64,000 bases of DNA from Armatimonadota bacterium (GCA_034722055.1 JAYENL010000242.1:64001-128000), one strand, 5' to 3'. Shown: positions 37,819 through 47,544, counted from the first letter of the stretch. The notes: a model not told the origin generated them from the sequence alone. Made by a program: numbers and translations.

Positions 37819-37847
37819 ATTATAGGGCCGCCGACCGCGGATGTCAA
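37819..37847 (-). promoter_or_regulatory. Perfect-consensus sigma-A promoter of the HIT operon
   Basis: TTGACA-N17-TATAAT. Confidence 0.9.
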
Positions 37848-37987
37848 CGCATCCGGGAGTCGGGTGCGAATTCCAAGTGTCGGTGGCACGCGCGGGCGAG
37901 GGCGCCCCAGTACCTGTGGGCTGCGAGCGCCCCCGCCCGCAACCGGCAATCTGAGGCTGCATCCGCCGCATCACGCTGCCGGGCTCA

Positions 37988-38016
37988 TTGACTCCGGCTC
38001 GGCGGGCTGATATACT
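37988..38016 (+). promoter_or_regulatory. sigma-A promoter of the membrane protein-hisS operon
   Basis: TTGACT-N17-TATACT with extended -10 TG. Confidence 0.82.
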
Positions 38017-38037
38017 CTGAGTGCACTGCATGCCCCT

Positions 38038-38077
38038 CCGTGGGCCGGACGCACAGAGCCGGCCCACGGTTATTCTT
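38038..38077 (+). terminator. Terminator-like hairpin in the leader of the hisS operon
   Basis: CCGTGGGCCGG-N10-CCGGCCCACGG (11-bp perfect stem) followed by TTATTCTT. Confidence 0.55.
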
Positions 38078-38108
38078 GCGCACCGATGTCAGCAGGGCTG
38101 CCACGTCG

Positions 38109-38723
38109 ATGACCACAATGATCCGCCATACCGAGGAGATCGAGGGCCTCCGCGAGTACCTCATGCGCCGATGGATCACGTGGGGCATCCTCCCGATGTG
38201 CATCTGCGGGATTGTGGCGATTGCGGCCCTCATGTGGGGCCCTCCGGGCATCATCGAGGGCAAGCAGCAGACCCGGCTGGCCTTCGAGATCGTGCTGGGG
38301 GCCGGGGCCGCCGTTTTCCTGGCCGGCTTCTACATAGACGGGCACTGGACCAGTGCGGATCGCCTTGGCAAGCGCATCTTCACGGCCGCCGGGGGCGAGC
38401 CCGATGATGAGAGCCCCCGCGACTGGGCAAAATACCGCTCCCACCGTTCCGCGTTGCGCAGCAACGCTCACATCGCGCTGGACTCCATTCGCGCCTCCGC
38501 CGACGCCATCACACTCATGGGCACCGCCATCGGGCCGGTGGCCATCGTGACCGTGCTGGTGGGCCTTCCCGGCGAGCACGTTGCGCAGATGCTGCTGCTG
38601 GGGCTCTTCTACCAGCTCTTCGTCTACTCCCGGCATCCCTACTATATCCGGCTGGCGGAGGCGGCCCTGAGCGGCGAGCTGCTGCCACGGGAGGATGAGA
38701 AGGAGACCGACGAGGAGCAGTAG
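38109..38723 (+). CDS. Hypothetical membrane protein (about 4 TM)
   Basis: Hydrophobic segments and host-like codon usage; start at 38109 or 38118. Confidence 0.7.
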   Translation: MTTMIRHTEEIEGLREYLMRRWITWGILPMCICGIVAIAALMWGPPGIIEGKQQTRLAFEIVLGAGAAVFLAGFYIDGHWTSADRLGKRIFTAAGGEPDDESPRDWAKYRSHRSALRSNAHIALDSIRASADAITLMGTAIGPVAIVTVLVGLPGEHVAQMLLLGLFYQLFVYSRHPYYIRLAEAALSGELLPREDEKETDEEQ

Positions 38724-38781
38724 CCGCCGCGTCACCCGCACACAGCCCCGTCCGACCACCCGGGCATTGAGCTGATCGCAG

Positions 38782-40044
38782 ATGCGCTATCAGAGGCCGA
38801 AGGGTACCAACGACATCCTCCCCGACGACGCCCCACGCTGGCGCCTCGTCGAGCGCACCTTCCGCGACATCTGCCGCCGCTACGACTACGCCGAGATCCG
38901 CACGCCCACCTTCGAGGAGACGGAGCTGTTCGTGCGCTCCGTCGGCGAGGACACCGACATCGTCTCCAAGGAGATGTACAGCTTCGAGGACAAGGGCGGC
39001 CGGAGCCTGACGCTGCGCGCGGAGGGCACCGCCCCCACCGTGCGAGCCTTCCTGGAGGAGCACATCCAGGGCCAGGACCGCGAGCGGCTCGTCAAGCTCT
39101 ACTACATCGCCCCCATCTTCCGGCAGGACAGGCCGCAGGCCGGCCGCTACCGCCAGCACCACCAGGCCGGCGTGGAGGCGATGGGCTCGCCCGAGCCGGC
39201 GGTGGACGCGGAGGTCATCGACCTCGCGATGACCTTCTTCCGCCAGGTGGGGATCGAGGGCACGCGGCTGCTGATCAACTCCGTGGGCTGCCCCAAGTGC
39301 GCCCCGGCCTACGTGGAGACGCTGAAGGCCTCGGTGGCGGATGCCGTGTGCGAGATGTGCGAGGACTGCCAGCGCCGCTATGAGACCAACCCCCTGCGGA
39401 TGCTCGACTGCAAGAACGAGACGTGCCGGCGCATCACCGAGGGCGCGCCGAAGATGCTCGACGCACTGTGCGATGAGTGCGAGGAGCACTTTGCGGGGGT
39501 GCGCGAGCACCTGGAGGCGCTGGGCATCGCCTACGAGATCGACCCCCGGATCGTGCGCGGGCTGGACTACTACACCAAGACCGCCTTCGAGTTCCGCCAC
39601 GACGCACTGGGCGCTAGGGATTCGGTCGGCGGCGGCGGGCGCTATGACGAGCTCGTGGAGCAGTGCGGCGGACCGCCGACCCCGGGCGTCGGGCTCGGGA
39701 TCGGCCTCGAGCGCGTGCTGCTGGTCCGCCAGGAGCTGGGGCTGAAGGACGAGGAGCAGCCGCGCGACGGCAGCTTCATCGTCACCATCGGCGAGGGGGC
39801 GTGGCTGCCCGGCTACGAGCTGTTGCACGACCTTCGCCAGCAGGGCGTCAAGGCCGAGATCGACTACCGCAGGCGCTCCATCCGCGCCCAGATGCGCTAC
39901 GCCGACAGTCAGGGCTACCTCAACGCTGTCATCCTCGGCCCCGATGAGCTCCAGAAGAGCGTTGCCACCGTCCGCGACATGCTCTCCGGCGACCAGGAGG
40001 AGGTCCCGCTGGCGGAGCTGGCGGAATACCTGACGAGCGAGTAG
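38782..40044 (+). CDS. hisS: Histidine--tRNA ligase
   Basis: PKGTND, TPTFEETELF, KEMYSF, LRAEGTA, RPQAGRYRQHHQ, VRGLDYYT, GGGRYD, GIGLER. Confidence 0.98.
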   Translation: MRYQRPKGTNDILPDDAPRWRLVERTFRDICRRYDYAEIRTPTFEETELFVRSVGEDTDIVSKEMYSFEDKGGRSLTLRAEGTAPTVRAFLEEHIQGQDRERLVKLYYIAPIFRQDRPQAGRYRQHHQAGVEAMGSPEPAVDAEVIDLAMTFFRQVGIEGTRLLINSVGCPKCAPAYVETLKASVADAVCEMCEDCQRRYETNPLRMLDCKNETCRRITEGAPKMLDALCDECEEHFAGVREHLEALGIAYEIDPRIVRGLDYYTKTAFEFRHDALGARDSVGGGGRYDELVEQCGGPPTPGVGLGIGLERVLLVRQELGLKDEEQPRDGSFIVTIGEGAWLPGYELLHDLRQQGVKAEIDYRRRSIRAQMRYADSQGYLNAVILGPDELQKSVATVRDMLSGDQEEVPLAELAEYLTSE

Positions 40045-40229
40045 CCCGAAAACGCGACGGGCATGCACCGCGGCCACGGCTCGTGAAGCTGCCTCGTCCG
40101 AGCCCTCAAGGGCCTGCTGTGGTGCGTTCCCTGTCGCCATGGTTGCGACGGCGCTCCCGGGGATGGCCGCCACCGCGATCTGCCGCGCCGGGGCCCGAGC
40201 TGCCCTGAGGCACATGCAACAGGGGGTCG

Positions 40230-42164
40230 ATGGTGATGCGTCAATGGACGACAGCAGCGCTGGTCGCGTGCGTGGGCGCGGCGTCAATCTGTGGTTGCGA
40301 GCGATCCGCCGGGCAGCAGGCGGCCTCCGGCGTGCCGGCCGCGACAGAGGTGGATACCGAGCCGGTGCGTCTCGGCGCGCTTGGGGAGACTCATAAGGCC
40401 CTCGTCTCGCCCGGTGCCCTGGACCGCCCGGACGTCGCCTCCGTGTGGGCGCCCTCGGTAATGGTCACCAAGATGGGATGTCACCTCCTGTACCGGTCGG
40501 GTGACCGTGCATCGCTCGTCGTGGACGGGCAGGAGTGGCCAGCGGAGGAGGTCATGACGCAGATGGGCGGCCTGGCCGTCAGCGGCGACGGCCAGCACAT
40601 TGCATATGCCTGCGACGGCGGCGTGGTGCGAGACGGTGAGAAGCTGGAGACGGATGGCTACGTCCAGGTCGTGATTCTCAGCCCGGACGGAGCGCGCCTC
40701 GCCTGGACTGAGAGCCTGTTTGCCGAGGGAGCAGAGGCCGGGCGCGAGGTCATGGTCGTTGACGGCGAGCGCGAACTCACATTCACCCACCTGATGGACG
40801 CCCTCTTGACTGCTCGCTTCAGCCCGGATGGCTCGCGCTTCGCCTACGTAGGCCAGCGCGGGGACTGGGGGGAGGACGATGAGGCCTACGTGCTGGTCGC
40901 CGACGGCCGAGAGAGCCCCGAGTATGACCGTATCCTGTTCTCGGGCCCGCTCTTCAGCCCCGACAGCGAGCATCTGGCGTATGCGGCCGTCCAGGGCGAT
41001 ACTGTCAAGATCCTGCTGGACGAGCAGGTCATCTACGACTACTCCGCCGCCGACGTTGAGTCCGCCTATGCCACGTGCATGACAGCTCCGCAGATGACAA
41101 TGAGCATGCCCATGGCGTTCAGCGCGGACAGCGAGCGTCTCGCGTTCTTCGATCAATCACCTCAGCAGCAGGCGGTAGTGCTCGACGGGCAGCGGGGCGA
41201 AAGCTGGGACACGGTGGGCTGCCACGATCACTGGCCGATCCCCGCGCTGATGCTGCCCCTGGAGCCGCCGGCGTTCCATCCCGACGGCCACAGCGTGGCC
41301 TTCATCGGCACCAGGGACGATGTCAGCTACCTCGTCTCCCAGGGACGCATCGAGCGCGAGTATGAGCTGGGTTCCGAGGACCATCGGCACTTCGTGACGG
41401 GAGGGCCCTGGTGGACGAGCGACGGCGAACACCTGGTGGCGATCGTGGCGGTAGCCGAGCCTGCTCCCGAGCGCACAGAAGCTCCGGATGCGGTCGCGCC
41501 TCCCGACGACAAACCATCGCTGCCTGTTCTGCCCGAGCGGCTCGTCGTTGACGGCGAGGTCCGCGCCAAGACGGACGGTATCACGGCCGGGCCCTACTTC
41601 GGCGCCGGAGGCTCTATCGTGTTCTCCGCCCGCAGCCGTGACGGCTACATCTGCGTCGTCGATGGGCGCGAGGGCCGGCCGTACGACGCCATTGGCGCTG
41701 AATTGGGGCAGGACCCTCGCTGGGCCGGACCGGTCCTCAGTCCCGATATGCGCCACGTGGCTTACCTCGCTCTCCGCGATGGCGCATGGCGTGTGGTGGT
41801 GGACAGCCGCGAGGGCCCGCAGTTCGAGAACATCATCGGTCCCACACGGCGCTGGGAGCCGTATCCAGTGCCCGTCGCCACCTACGCCCGATTGGAGGCA
41901 TCCGGCGAGTGGGTGGAGACGGACGATGTAGCCGGGGAGTGCACACAGCTCGAGGGTGGCGAGCCCATCTGGAGTCCCGACAGCGAGATGGTCGCTTGCG
42001 CGGGGCGGGATGATGTCGGCTGGCACGTTGTCGCCGGCCAGCACATCGGCGAGGCTTGCGACTTCATCTTTCCCGAGAGCATCCGGTGGCTCCAGCCCGG
42101 CGTCGTGCAATACATCTGCGTGCGCGAAGGCGAGTTCTGGCGGCTGACGGAGGACCTGAGGTGA
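40230..42164 (+). CDS. Lipoprotein with TolB/PD40-like beta-propeller repeats
   Basis: Lipobox-like ICGC; repeated (F/L/W)SPD(G/S).(R/H)(L/F)AY and VVVDG.E motifs. Confidence 0.8.
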   Translation: MVMRQWTTAALVACVGAASICGCERSAGQQAASGVPAATEVDTEPVRLGALGETHKALVSPGALDRPDVASVWAPSVMVTKMGCHLLYRSGDRASLVVDGQEWPAEEVMTQMGGLAVSGDGQHIAYACDGGVVRDGEKLETDGYVQVVILSPDGARLAWTESLFAEGAEAGREVMVVDGERELTFTHLMDALLTARFSPDGSRFAYVGQRGDWGEDDEAYVLVADGRESPEYDRILFSGPLFSPDSEHLAYAAVQGDTVKILLDEQVIYDYSAADVESAYATCMTAPQMTMSMPMAFSADSERLAFFDQSPQQQAVVLDGQRGESWDTVGCHDHWPIPALMLPLEPPAFHPDGHSVAFIGTRDDVSYLVSQGRIEREYELGSEDHRHFVTGGPWWTSDGEHLVAIVAVAEPAPERTEAPDAVAPPDDKPSLPVLPERLVVDGEVRAKTDGITAGPYFGAGGSIVFSARSRDGYICVVDGREGRPYDAIGAELGQDPRWAGPVLSPDMRHVAYLALRDGAWRVVVDSREGPQFENIIGPTRRWEPYPVPVATYARLEASGEWVETDDVAGECTQLEGGEPIWSPDSEMVACAGRDDVGWHVVAGQHIGEACDFIFPESIRWLQPGVVQYICVREGEFWRLTEDLR

Positions 42165-42176
42165 CGAGGGCCGCCC

Positions 42177-42205
42177 TTGCATTGCCCACCCCGAGGCTGT
42201 AAGCT
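42177..42205 (+). promoter_or_regulatory. sigma-A-type promoter
   Basis: TTGCAT-N17-TAAGCT, about 30 nt upstream of ATG 42237. Confidence 0.55.
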
Positions 42206-42236
42206 TTGCGGGCAACGACCCGACCGGGAGCGAATC

Positions 42237-42749
42237 ATGCTCTGCCCGCAGTGCCACCAGGGAGTGCAGCAGCAGGAGCTCGAGGACGGGAAGTGCCCCT
42301 ACTGCGGCTTCCCCTGCCACGAGTTCAGCCGCCGCGTCACGCAGATCCAGATCATCCTGGGCGCCATCTTCGCCTCCACGCTCGTCTACGGCATCCTGGT
42401 GGCGGTGCTGGAGCTGTATACGGGCTACCGGGGCCCGGGGCTGGGCGACAGTGAGCTGGTGCTGGGCATGGCGCTGATCGGCGCCTCCGCGGGCATCTTT
42501 GCCGCATCGGCGATGTTCGAGCGCCGGGCCCTCGAGCTCGAGACTACAGTCTCTTACGTTCGCATCGCCATCGTGCTCGGCGCAATAGCCGAGGTGCCGG
42601 CGGTCTTCGGGCTGGTGATGTATCTGCTGACGGGCAGCCTGCCCTGGCTGGTGCTGTTCCTGGCGGCGAGCTGGGCGCTGTTCATCCGCCTGGGCCTGCG
42701 CCTGCCGGTGATCCTGCGGGGTATCGCGGACTGCCTGCGGACGGAGTGA
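42237..42749 (+). CDS. Zinc-ribbon + 4TM hypothetical protein, copy 1
   Basis: MLCPQC...CPYCGFPC followed by four hydrophobic helices; ends ILRGIADCLRTE; GGGAG SD. Confidence 0.8.
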   Translation: MLCPQCHQGVQQQELEDGKCPYCGFPCHEFSRRVTQIQIILGAIFASTLVYGILVAVLELYTGYRGPGLGDSELVLGMALIGASAGIFAASAMFERRALELETTVSYVRIAIVLGAIAEVPAVFGLVMYLLTGSLPWLVLFLAASWALFIRLGLRLPVILRGIADCLRTE

Positions 42750-42757
42750 TCGCGTTC

Positions 42758-42780
42758 GTGGCGCAGGCTTGCAGCCTGCG
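42758..42780 (+). repeat. REP-like palindrome
   Basis: GTGG-CGCAGGCT-TGC-AGCCTGCG; near-identical copy at 43379. Confidence 0.75.
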
Positions 42781-42863
42781 GTCGTTCGCAGAAGCACTCC
42801 TGGTCGCGTCCCGTTGGTCGGGAACTGGTGGTTCGATAGACGGCGGGGCGGTACGATCCGACT

Positions 42864-43370
42864 ATGCGTTGCCCTCAATGTGGGCAGGACGTGAGAGAAC
42901 TCGCCGACGGGAACTGCCCTTACTGCGGCTTCCCGTGTCAGGAACTCCGGTCCCGGACGCGCGGCGTCTGGATCGTGATGGGCGCCATGTTCCTGGGCAC
43001 GTTCGTCTATGCCGCGTTCGTTGCGTATCTTGAGTACGAAGCTGCCTTCGGCGCAGATGGTGTCGATAGTTCGCTTGTGCTGCTCGTCAGGCTGGTCGGC
43101 GCCGCTGCCGTTATTGCGTTCATAGCTGGTCTATTCATGGAGCGCCGCATTCTGAGCGAGGAGACTATCCACGCCCCCCGGAAGGCAGTGGTGATCCAGG
43201 GCGCCCTGGCCGAAGCGACCGCGGGCTATGGAGTGCTGGCGTACCTCCTATCAGGGTATACCGAGTGGTTTGTGCCCTTCCTGGCGATGAGCTGGCTGCA
43301 GTTCCTGATCCTGGCGGTCCGCACGCCAGGAATCCTGCGCGGGATGGGGGACTGCCTCCGCACAGACTGA
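42864..43370 (+). CDS. Zinc-ribbon + 4TM hypothetical protein, copy 2 (tandem paralog)
   Basis: MRCPQC...CPYCGFPC; ends ILRGMGDCLRTD. No SD, but TACGAT lies 6 nt before the ATG, so possibly leaderless. Confidence 0.8.
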   Translation: MRCPQCGQDVRELADGNCPYCGFPCQELRSRTRGVWIVMGAMFLGTFVYAAFVAYLEYEAAFGADGVDSSLVLLVRLVGAAAVIAFIAGLFMERRILSEETIHAPRKAVVIQGALAEATAGYGVLAYLLSGYTEWFVPFLAMSWLQFLILAVRTPGILRGMGDCLRTD

Positions 43371-43378
43371 TTGCGTTC

Positions 43379-43456
43379 GTGGCGCAGGCTTCCAGCCTGC
43401 GGTCGTTGGCATTGGGTGGTCGAGAGCAGCGGCGTCGGCCTGGAAGCCCGACCTAC
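43379..43456. repeat. Inverted pair of REP-like palindromes (BIME-like)
   Basis: GTGG-CGCAGGCTTCCAGCCTGCG (+, 43379-43401) and GTAG-GTCGGGCTTCCAGGCCGACG (-, 43433-43456). Confidence 0.7.
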
Positions 43457-43486
43457 GCGGCGCGGCGGACATCGTCGTCTGCTGGT

Positions 43487-43565
43487 CCCCCTCTCCCGCC
43501 TGCGCAGCTCGCTGCGCCAGGGAGAGGGGGTGTGGAGTTTGTACCGCAAACTCCAGGGGGTGAGG
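43487..43565. repeat. BoxC-like CCCCTCTCCC...GGGAGAGGGG...GGGGTGAGG element with nested hairpins
   Basis: CCCCTCTCCC / GGGAGAGGGG stem, inner GCGCAGC/GCTGCGC, then GGAGTTTG-TACCG-CAAACTCC and GGGGGTGAGG. Confidence 0.6.
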
Positions 43566-43635
43566 CCGTCGTTGCCGTTCGCCTATCGCCAACTCCCCAG
43601 TGCTGCCATTTGCACTACACAACGGAGTCTCCACC

Positions 43636-45456
43636 ATGAGCGAGCTGACCGAGCTTCGACACGAGCTGAGGCGCACCCACACCTGCGGCGAGCTGCGCGC
43701 CGGGCACATCGGCGACGCAGTAGTGCTCAACGGCTGGGTGAATCGCCGCCGCGATCACGGAGGGCTGATCTTCGTGGACCTGCGCGATCGCTCCGGCGTG
43801 GTGCAGGTGGTCTTCGACCCCCAGGTCGATGAGGACGCGCATCACCTCGCTCACCAGCTCCGCTCGGAGTTCGTCATCGCGGTGCGAGGGCAGGTTTCAC
43901 GGCGCCCGGAGGGCACTGCGAACCCGGACCTGCCCACCGGCGAGATCGACGTGCGCGCCGATGAGCTGGCGATCCTCAACACCGCCGAGACGCCGCCCTT
44001 CACCTGGCTGGATGAGACCGAGGTGGATGAGAAGGTCCGGCTGGAGTACCGCTACCTGGACCTGCGCTCCCCGCGCATGCAGCGGAACCTGCGCATCCGC
44101 CACGAGGCTGCCCAGGCCACGCGCCAGTTCCTCTCCCGGGAGGGCTTCCTGGAGGTGGAGACCCCCATGCTCTTCCGGCCCACGCCGGAGGGCGCGCGCG
44201 ACTACCTCGTCCCCAGCCGCGTGAGTCCGGGCAACTTCTACGCCCTCCCGCAGTCGCCGCAGATCATGAAGCAGCTTCTGATGATCGCCGGCTGCGACCG
44301 CTACTTCCAGCTCGCCCGCTGCCTGCGCGACGAGGACCTGCGCGCCGACCGCCAGCCCGAGCACACGCAGATCGACATCGAGATGTCCTTCGTCACCCGC
44401 GAGGATGTCTTCGACCTCACCGAGCGGCTCTTCGCACACATCTTCCGCGAGTCCATCGGGGCGGAGGTGCCCGTGCGGTGGCCGCGCATGACCTACGCCG
44501 AGGCCCTGGCCAAGTACGGCACCGACAAGCCCGACCTGCGCTTCGGCCTGGAGCTGGTAGACATCACGGAGGTCGTGCGGGACGTTCAGTTCAGGGTCTT
44601 CTCGAGCGTGGCGCAGTCGGGCGGAGCCGTGAAGGGCCTCTGCGCGCCCGAATGCGCGGACATCGGCAGGGCGCAGATGGACCGGCTCACGGACTTCGTG
44701 CAGGAGCACAAGGCCAAGGGCCTGGCCTGGTTCCAGGTCACCGATGCCACCCTGGAGGGCCCCATCGCCAAGTTCTTCACCGACGAGGAGCTTGCCGAGA
44801 TCCGGCAGGCCTTCGACGCCGAGGCCGGCGACATGCTCATGATCGTCGCCGACGAGCCTCAGATCGCCAACGAGGCCCTCGACTGGCTGCGGCGGGAGAT
44901 GGGCCGGCGGCTGGAGCTGATCGACGAGGCGGCCTGGGCGCCGGTGTGGGTGTATGACTTCCCGCTGCTCATGTGGAACGAGGACGAGAAGCGCTGGGAT
45001 CCCGAGCACCACCCGTTCTGCATGCCGCACGAGGACGACTGGGAGCTGCTGGAGAGCGATCCCGGCCAGGTGCGGGCGCTGTCCTACGACGCGGTGCTCA
45101 ACGGCTTCGAGGTGGCGTCGGGCTCCATCCGAATCCACCGCCGGGACATCCAGGAGCGGGTCTTCCAGGTCCTGGGCATCACGGAGCAGGCGGCCCAGCA
45201 GCGCTTCGGCTTCTTCCTGAAGGCCTTCGAGTACGGCGCTCCGCCGCATGGCGGCATCGCGCCGGGCTTCGACCGCATCGTAATGCTCATGTGCGGGGAG
45301 CCGAACATCCGGGAGGTCATCGCCTTCCCGAAGACGCAGAAGGCGCAGGATCTGATGGCCGGCGCACCGGCGCCGGCGGACCCGGATCAACTCCGCGAGC
45401 TGCACATCCGCCTCGACCTGCCGCCGCAGATGGAGCAGACGGAGGAGGAAGCGTAA
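43636..45456 (+). CDS. aspS: Aspartate--tRNA ligase, likely non-discriminating (Asp/Asn)
   Basis: RTHTCGELR, RRRDHGG and RRPEG (His/Gly positions typical of ND-AspRS), TPEGARDY, LPQSPQ, GAD domain, YGAPPHGGIAPGFDR. Confidence 0.97.
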   Translation: MSELTELRHELRRTHTCGELRAGHIGDAVVLNGWVNRRRDHGGLIFVDLRDRSGVVQVVFDPQVDEDAHHLAHQLRSEFVIAVRGQVSRRPEGTANPDLPTGEIDVRADELAILNTAETPPFTWLDETEVDEKVRLEYRYLDLRSPRMQRNLRIRHEAAQATRQFLSREGFLEVETPMLFRPTPEGARDYLVPSRVSPGNFYALPQSPQIMKQLLMIAGCDRYFQLARCLRDEDLRADRQPEHTQIDIEMSFVTREDVFDLTERLFAHIFRESIGAEVPVRWPRMTYAEALAKYGTDKPDLRFGLELVDITEVVRDVQFRVFSSVAQSGGAVKGLCAPECADIGRAQMDRLTDFVQEHKAKGLAWFQVTDATLEGPIAKFFTDEELAEIRQAFDAEAGDMLMIVADEPQIANEALDWLRREMGRRLELIDEAAWAPVWVYDFPLLMWNEDEKRWDPEHHPFCMPHEDDWELLESDPGQVRALSYDAVLNGFEVASGSIRIHRRDIQERVFQVLGITEQAAQQRFGFFLKAFEYGAPPHGGIAPGFDRIVMLMCGEPNIREVIAFPKTQKAQDLMAGAPAPADPDQLRELHIRLDLPPQMEQTEEEA

Positions 45457-45457
45457 C

Positions 45458-47434
45458 GTGCGCAGGAACGGAAGCCCAGACTCGGCCGCCTTTGGGGGCG
45501 TGGATGGCTCGCTGGTGGAGGCGCGGCAGCTCATGACCGAGGCCGAGCACCTCAGTGAGGACGACCCACCGGCGGCGGCGAAGCTGCTTCGCCGGGCCTG
45601 TAAGCAACTGAGCAGGAAGGGAAAGAAAGGCCACCCGACCCACGCTCTGATGCTCAGCGAGGCCAAGCTGCTGCTGTCGAACCTCGCCGAGAATCCCACT
45701 GCCCAGGCGAACTACATCCTGGCTGCACTCGACCACAATGCGCAGGCGGTCGAGGAGACGTCGGGCAGTCCGCTGGCGATGGAGAGTTGGATGATGGCCC
45801 TGGCGGTGGCGAGCGTGGGCCTTTCCCCGGCCGACCTGTGGCATAGCTCGCGTCGCATGGCCGCCTTCGCGCAAGAGCGCTTCGAGGCGGGCGACCGGTC
45901 CGGCCCCCCACGCAGGCTGTGGCTGACCAGCGCGCTGACCTTAGCCAGGGCGGCTGTGGACAGCGAGGAGCCGCACCTGAGCACGCGCATCGACACCGTG
46001 ACCGAGGTCTGGGACAGCATCGTGGCGCACATGCCAAAGAACGTTGATGCCCTGACAACTGCGGCCATGGTCCGGCGCATGGTCGCTCCGCTTCTCGCGG
46101 AGAGCGACCGAGCGGCGGCTCGGGAGTGTCTCCTCGACGCAGTGCGCGGCCTGGAGGGAGTGGAGGATGCGCCGCCAGAGCACTTGCCCGCCGTGTACAT
46201 GGCCCAGGCCGACGCGCTGAGCGATCTGGCTCTGGACATGGCCAGTGACAGGCCCGAGACGGCCAGTTACCTGGCGCGGACCAGGGAGAAGCTGGAGGCG
46301 GCGACCGAAGCTGCGCCCCACGATGAGACGACCTGGGACTATCTCGCCTGGGCCTGCTTCGAGCACGGCGAGGCGACGGATGACCTCCAGGCTCGGGAGG
46401 ACGACGCAGCCACGGCGCTGGAGGCCCTGGAGAATCTCATCGCCCTCGACGCCCATCCCCAGAGGCTGGAGCGGGCAGCGAGCTCAGTGCTTGCAGCCGC
46501 GGCAGATTGGCTTCCCGACACAGCCTCCCGCCTGCCCCTGCTGCGGCGGGCAACGGAAGCGCTGCGCCTCATCGAGGATCAGCTCCAGGACCAGGAGAGG
46601 CTGCTCGGCCTGCGCGCGGTCGCCGAATCTACGCTGGGCCGGGAGTTGCTGCTGGCTGACCAGACGGAGGAGGCCTTCTGCCACGCTGAGATCGCCGATG
46701 AGGTCTACGAACGCTGGGAGGCGATGGCGGCCCTCGAGGCGTCATCTCTGCTCCACTGGGGCCACGTGTGTCTCGTTGCCGCCGAAACGGCGGCGGACGC
46801 AGATGAGAAGACGCGCTGGTACCGGCGCGCGTGTACACGCCTCGAACAGGCCTCAGAACTCGCACCGGGCAATCCAGGGATGCTCACCCTGTGGTCCATA
46901 GCCCTGACCGGGGCCGCCCACACGCTTGAGCGAGTCGCCGACAGGTCGGACGCCATGCGCCTGGCAGCGGAGAAGGCCAGTGCAGCCGTTGAGGTCTCCC
47001 CCGAGACCGCCGCGTCTGCCGGAGAGTTGGTCCTATCGGTCAACGTGGCCCGCCTGGCGTCCTCGGATGACTACGATCAGCCCTCCGTGCTCCCGGCCCT
47101 TGGGCACCTGCGCAAGGTCCTCGAGGACGCCGGCTCCGAGATCCCTCTGATAATCCGCTCGCGGCTGGACGCCGCTCTGGGGCTGGAGGACGAGGCCATT
47201 CAGTCCCTGAGGAGCGCCCTGGGCGTCGGCAGCCTCGCGCCCGAGGACCTGGAGGATGATCTGCTGCTGGCGTCCCTCCGCGACCGGCCGGAGTTCGCTG
47301 AGCTCCAGGAGCTGCACACGCCGCGCGGATCAAGCTCCCGGCCAAAGCGCAAGCGCACCACCGCCCGCTCGCCCCTCGACCGCCCGCTCCCCGGCCTGGA
47401 CTCGGACGCCAGCGAGGCCAACGAGACCGGGTAA
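45458..47434 (+). CDS. All-helical TPR-like protein with C-terminal TPR end-of-group motif
   Basis: Ala/Leu/Glu-rich helical repeats (LEQASELAPGNPGMLTLWS); C-terminal DEAIQSLRSAL...DLLLASLRDRPEF. Confidence 0.72.
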   Translation: MRRNGSPDSAAFGGVDGSLVEARQLMTEAEHLSEDDPPAAAKLLRRACKQLSRKGKKGHPTHALMLSEAKLLLSNLAENPTAQANYILAALDHNAQAVEETSGSPLAMESWMMALAVASVGLSPADLWHSSRRMAAFAQERFEAGDRSGPPRRLWLTSALTLARAAVDSEEPHLSTRIDTVTEVWDSIVAHMPKNVDALTTAAMVRRMVAPLLAESDRAAARECLLDAVRGLEGVEDAPPEHLPAVYMAQADALSDLALDMASDRPETASYLARTREKLEAATEAAPHDETTWDYLAWACFEHGEATDDLQAREDDAATALEALENLIALDAHPQRLERAASSVLAAAADWLPDTASRLPLLRRATEALRLIEDQLQDQERLLGLRAVAESTLGRELLLADQTEEAFCHAEIADEVYERWEAMAALEASSLLHWGHVCLVAAETAADADEKTRWYRRACTRLEQASELAPGNPGMLTLWSIALTGAAHTLERVADRSDAMRLAAEKASAAVEVSPETAASAGELVLSVNVARLASSDDYDQPSVLPALGHLRKVLEDAGSEIPLIIRSRLDAALGLEDEAIQSLRSALGVGSLAPEDLEDDLLLASLRDRPEFAELQELHTPRGSSSRPKRKRTTARSPLDRPLPGLDSDASEANETG

Positions 47435-47512
47435 ATCCTCAGGAGGCGGCGCGCGCCGTTGGCTGTTGCCTTCGTTGCCCTGGCGCGCCGGCTCTGCCCC
47501 ATGGCTGTGCGA

Positions 47513-47537
47513 AGGTCCCCGCCTCCCGGCGGGCGAA
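47513..47537 (+). promoter_or_regulatory. AGG-N19-GAA (sigma-H-like) promoter motif
   Basis: AGGTCCCCGCCTCCCGGCGGGCGAA, ending 7 nt before GTG 47545. No SD, so possibly a leaderless mRNA. Confidence 0.55.
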
Positions 47538-47544
47538 CTGCGCC

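Noticed and set aside
38017..38108. T-box riboswitch ahead of aminoacyl-tRNA synthetase genes (hisS, aspS, alaS, trpS)
   Set aside because: I did not see a T-box consensus or a stem I of adequate length in any of these leaders.
42237..43370. Diversity-generating retroelement template/variable repeat pair
   Set aside because: Differences are not adenine-specific, both copies are intact ORFs, and no reverse transcriptase is present.
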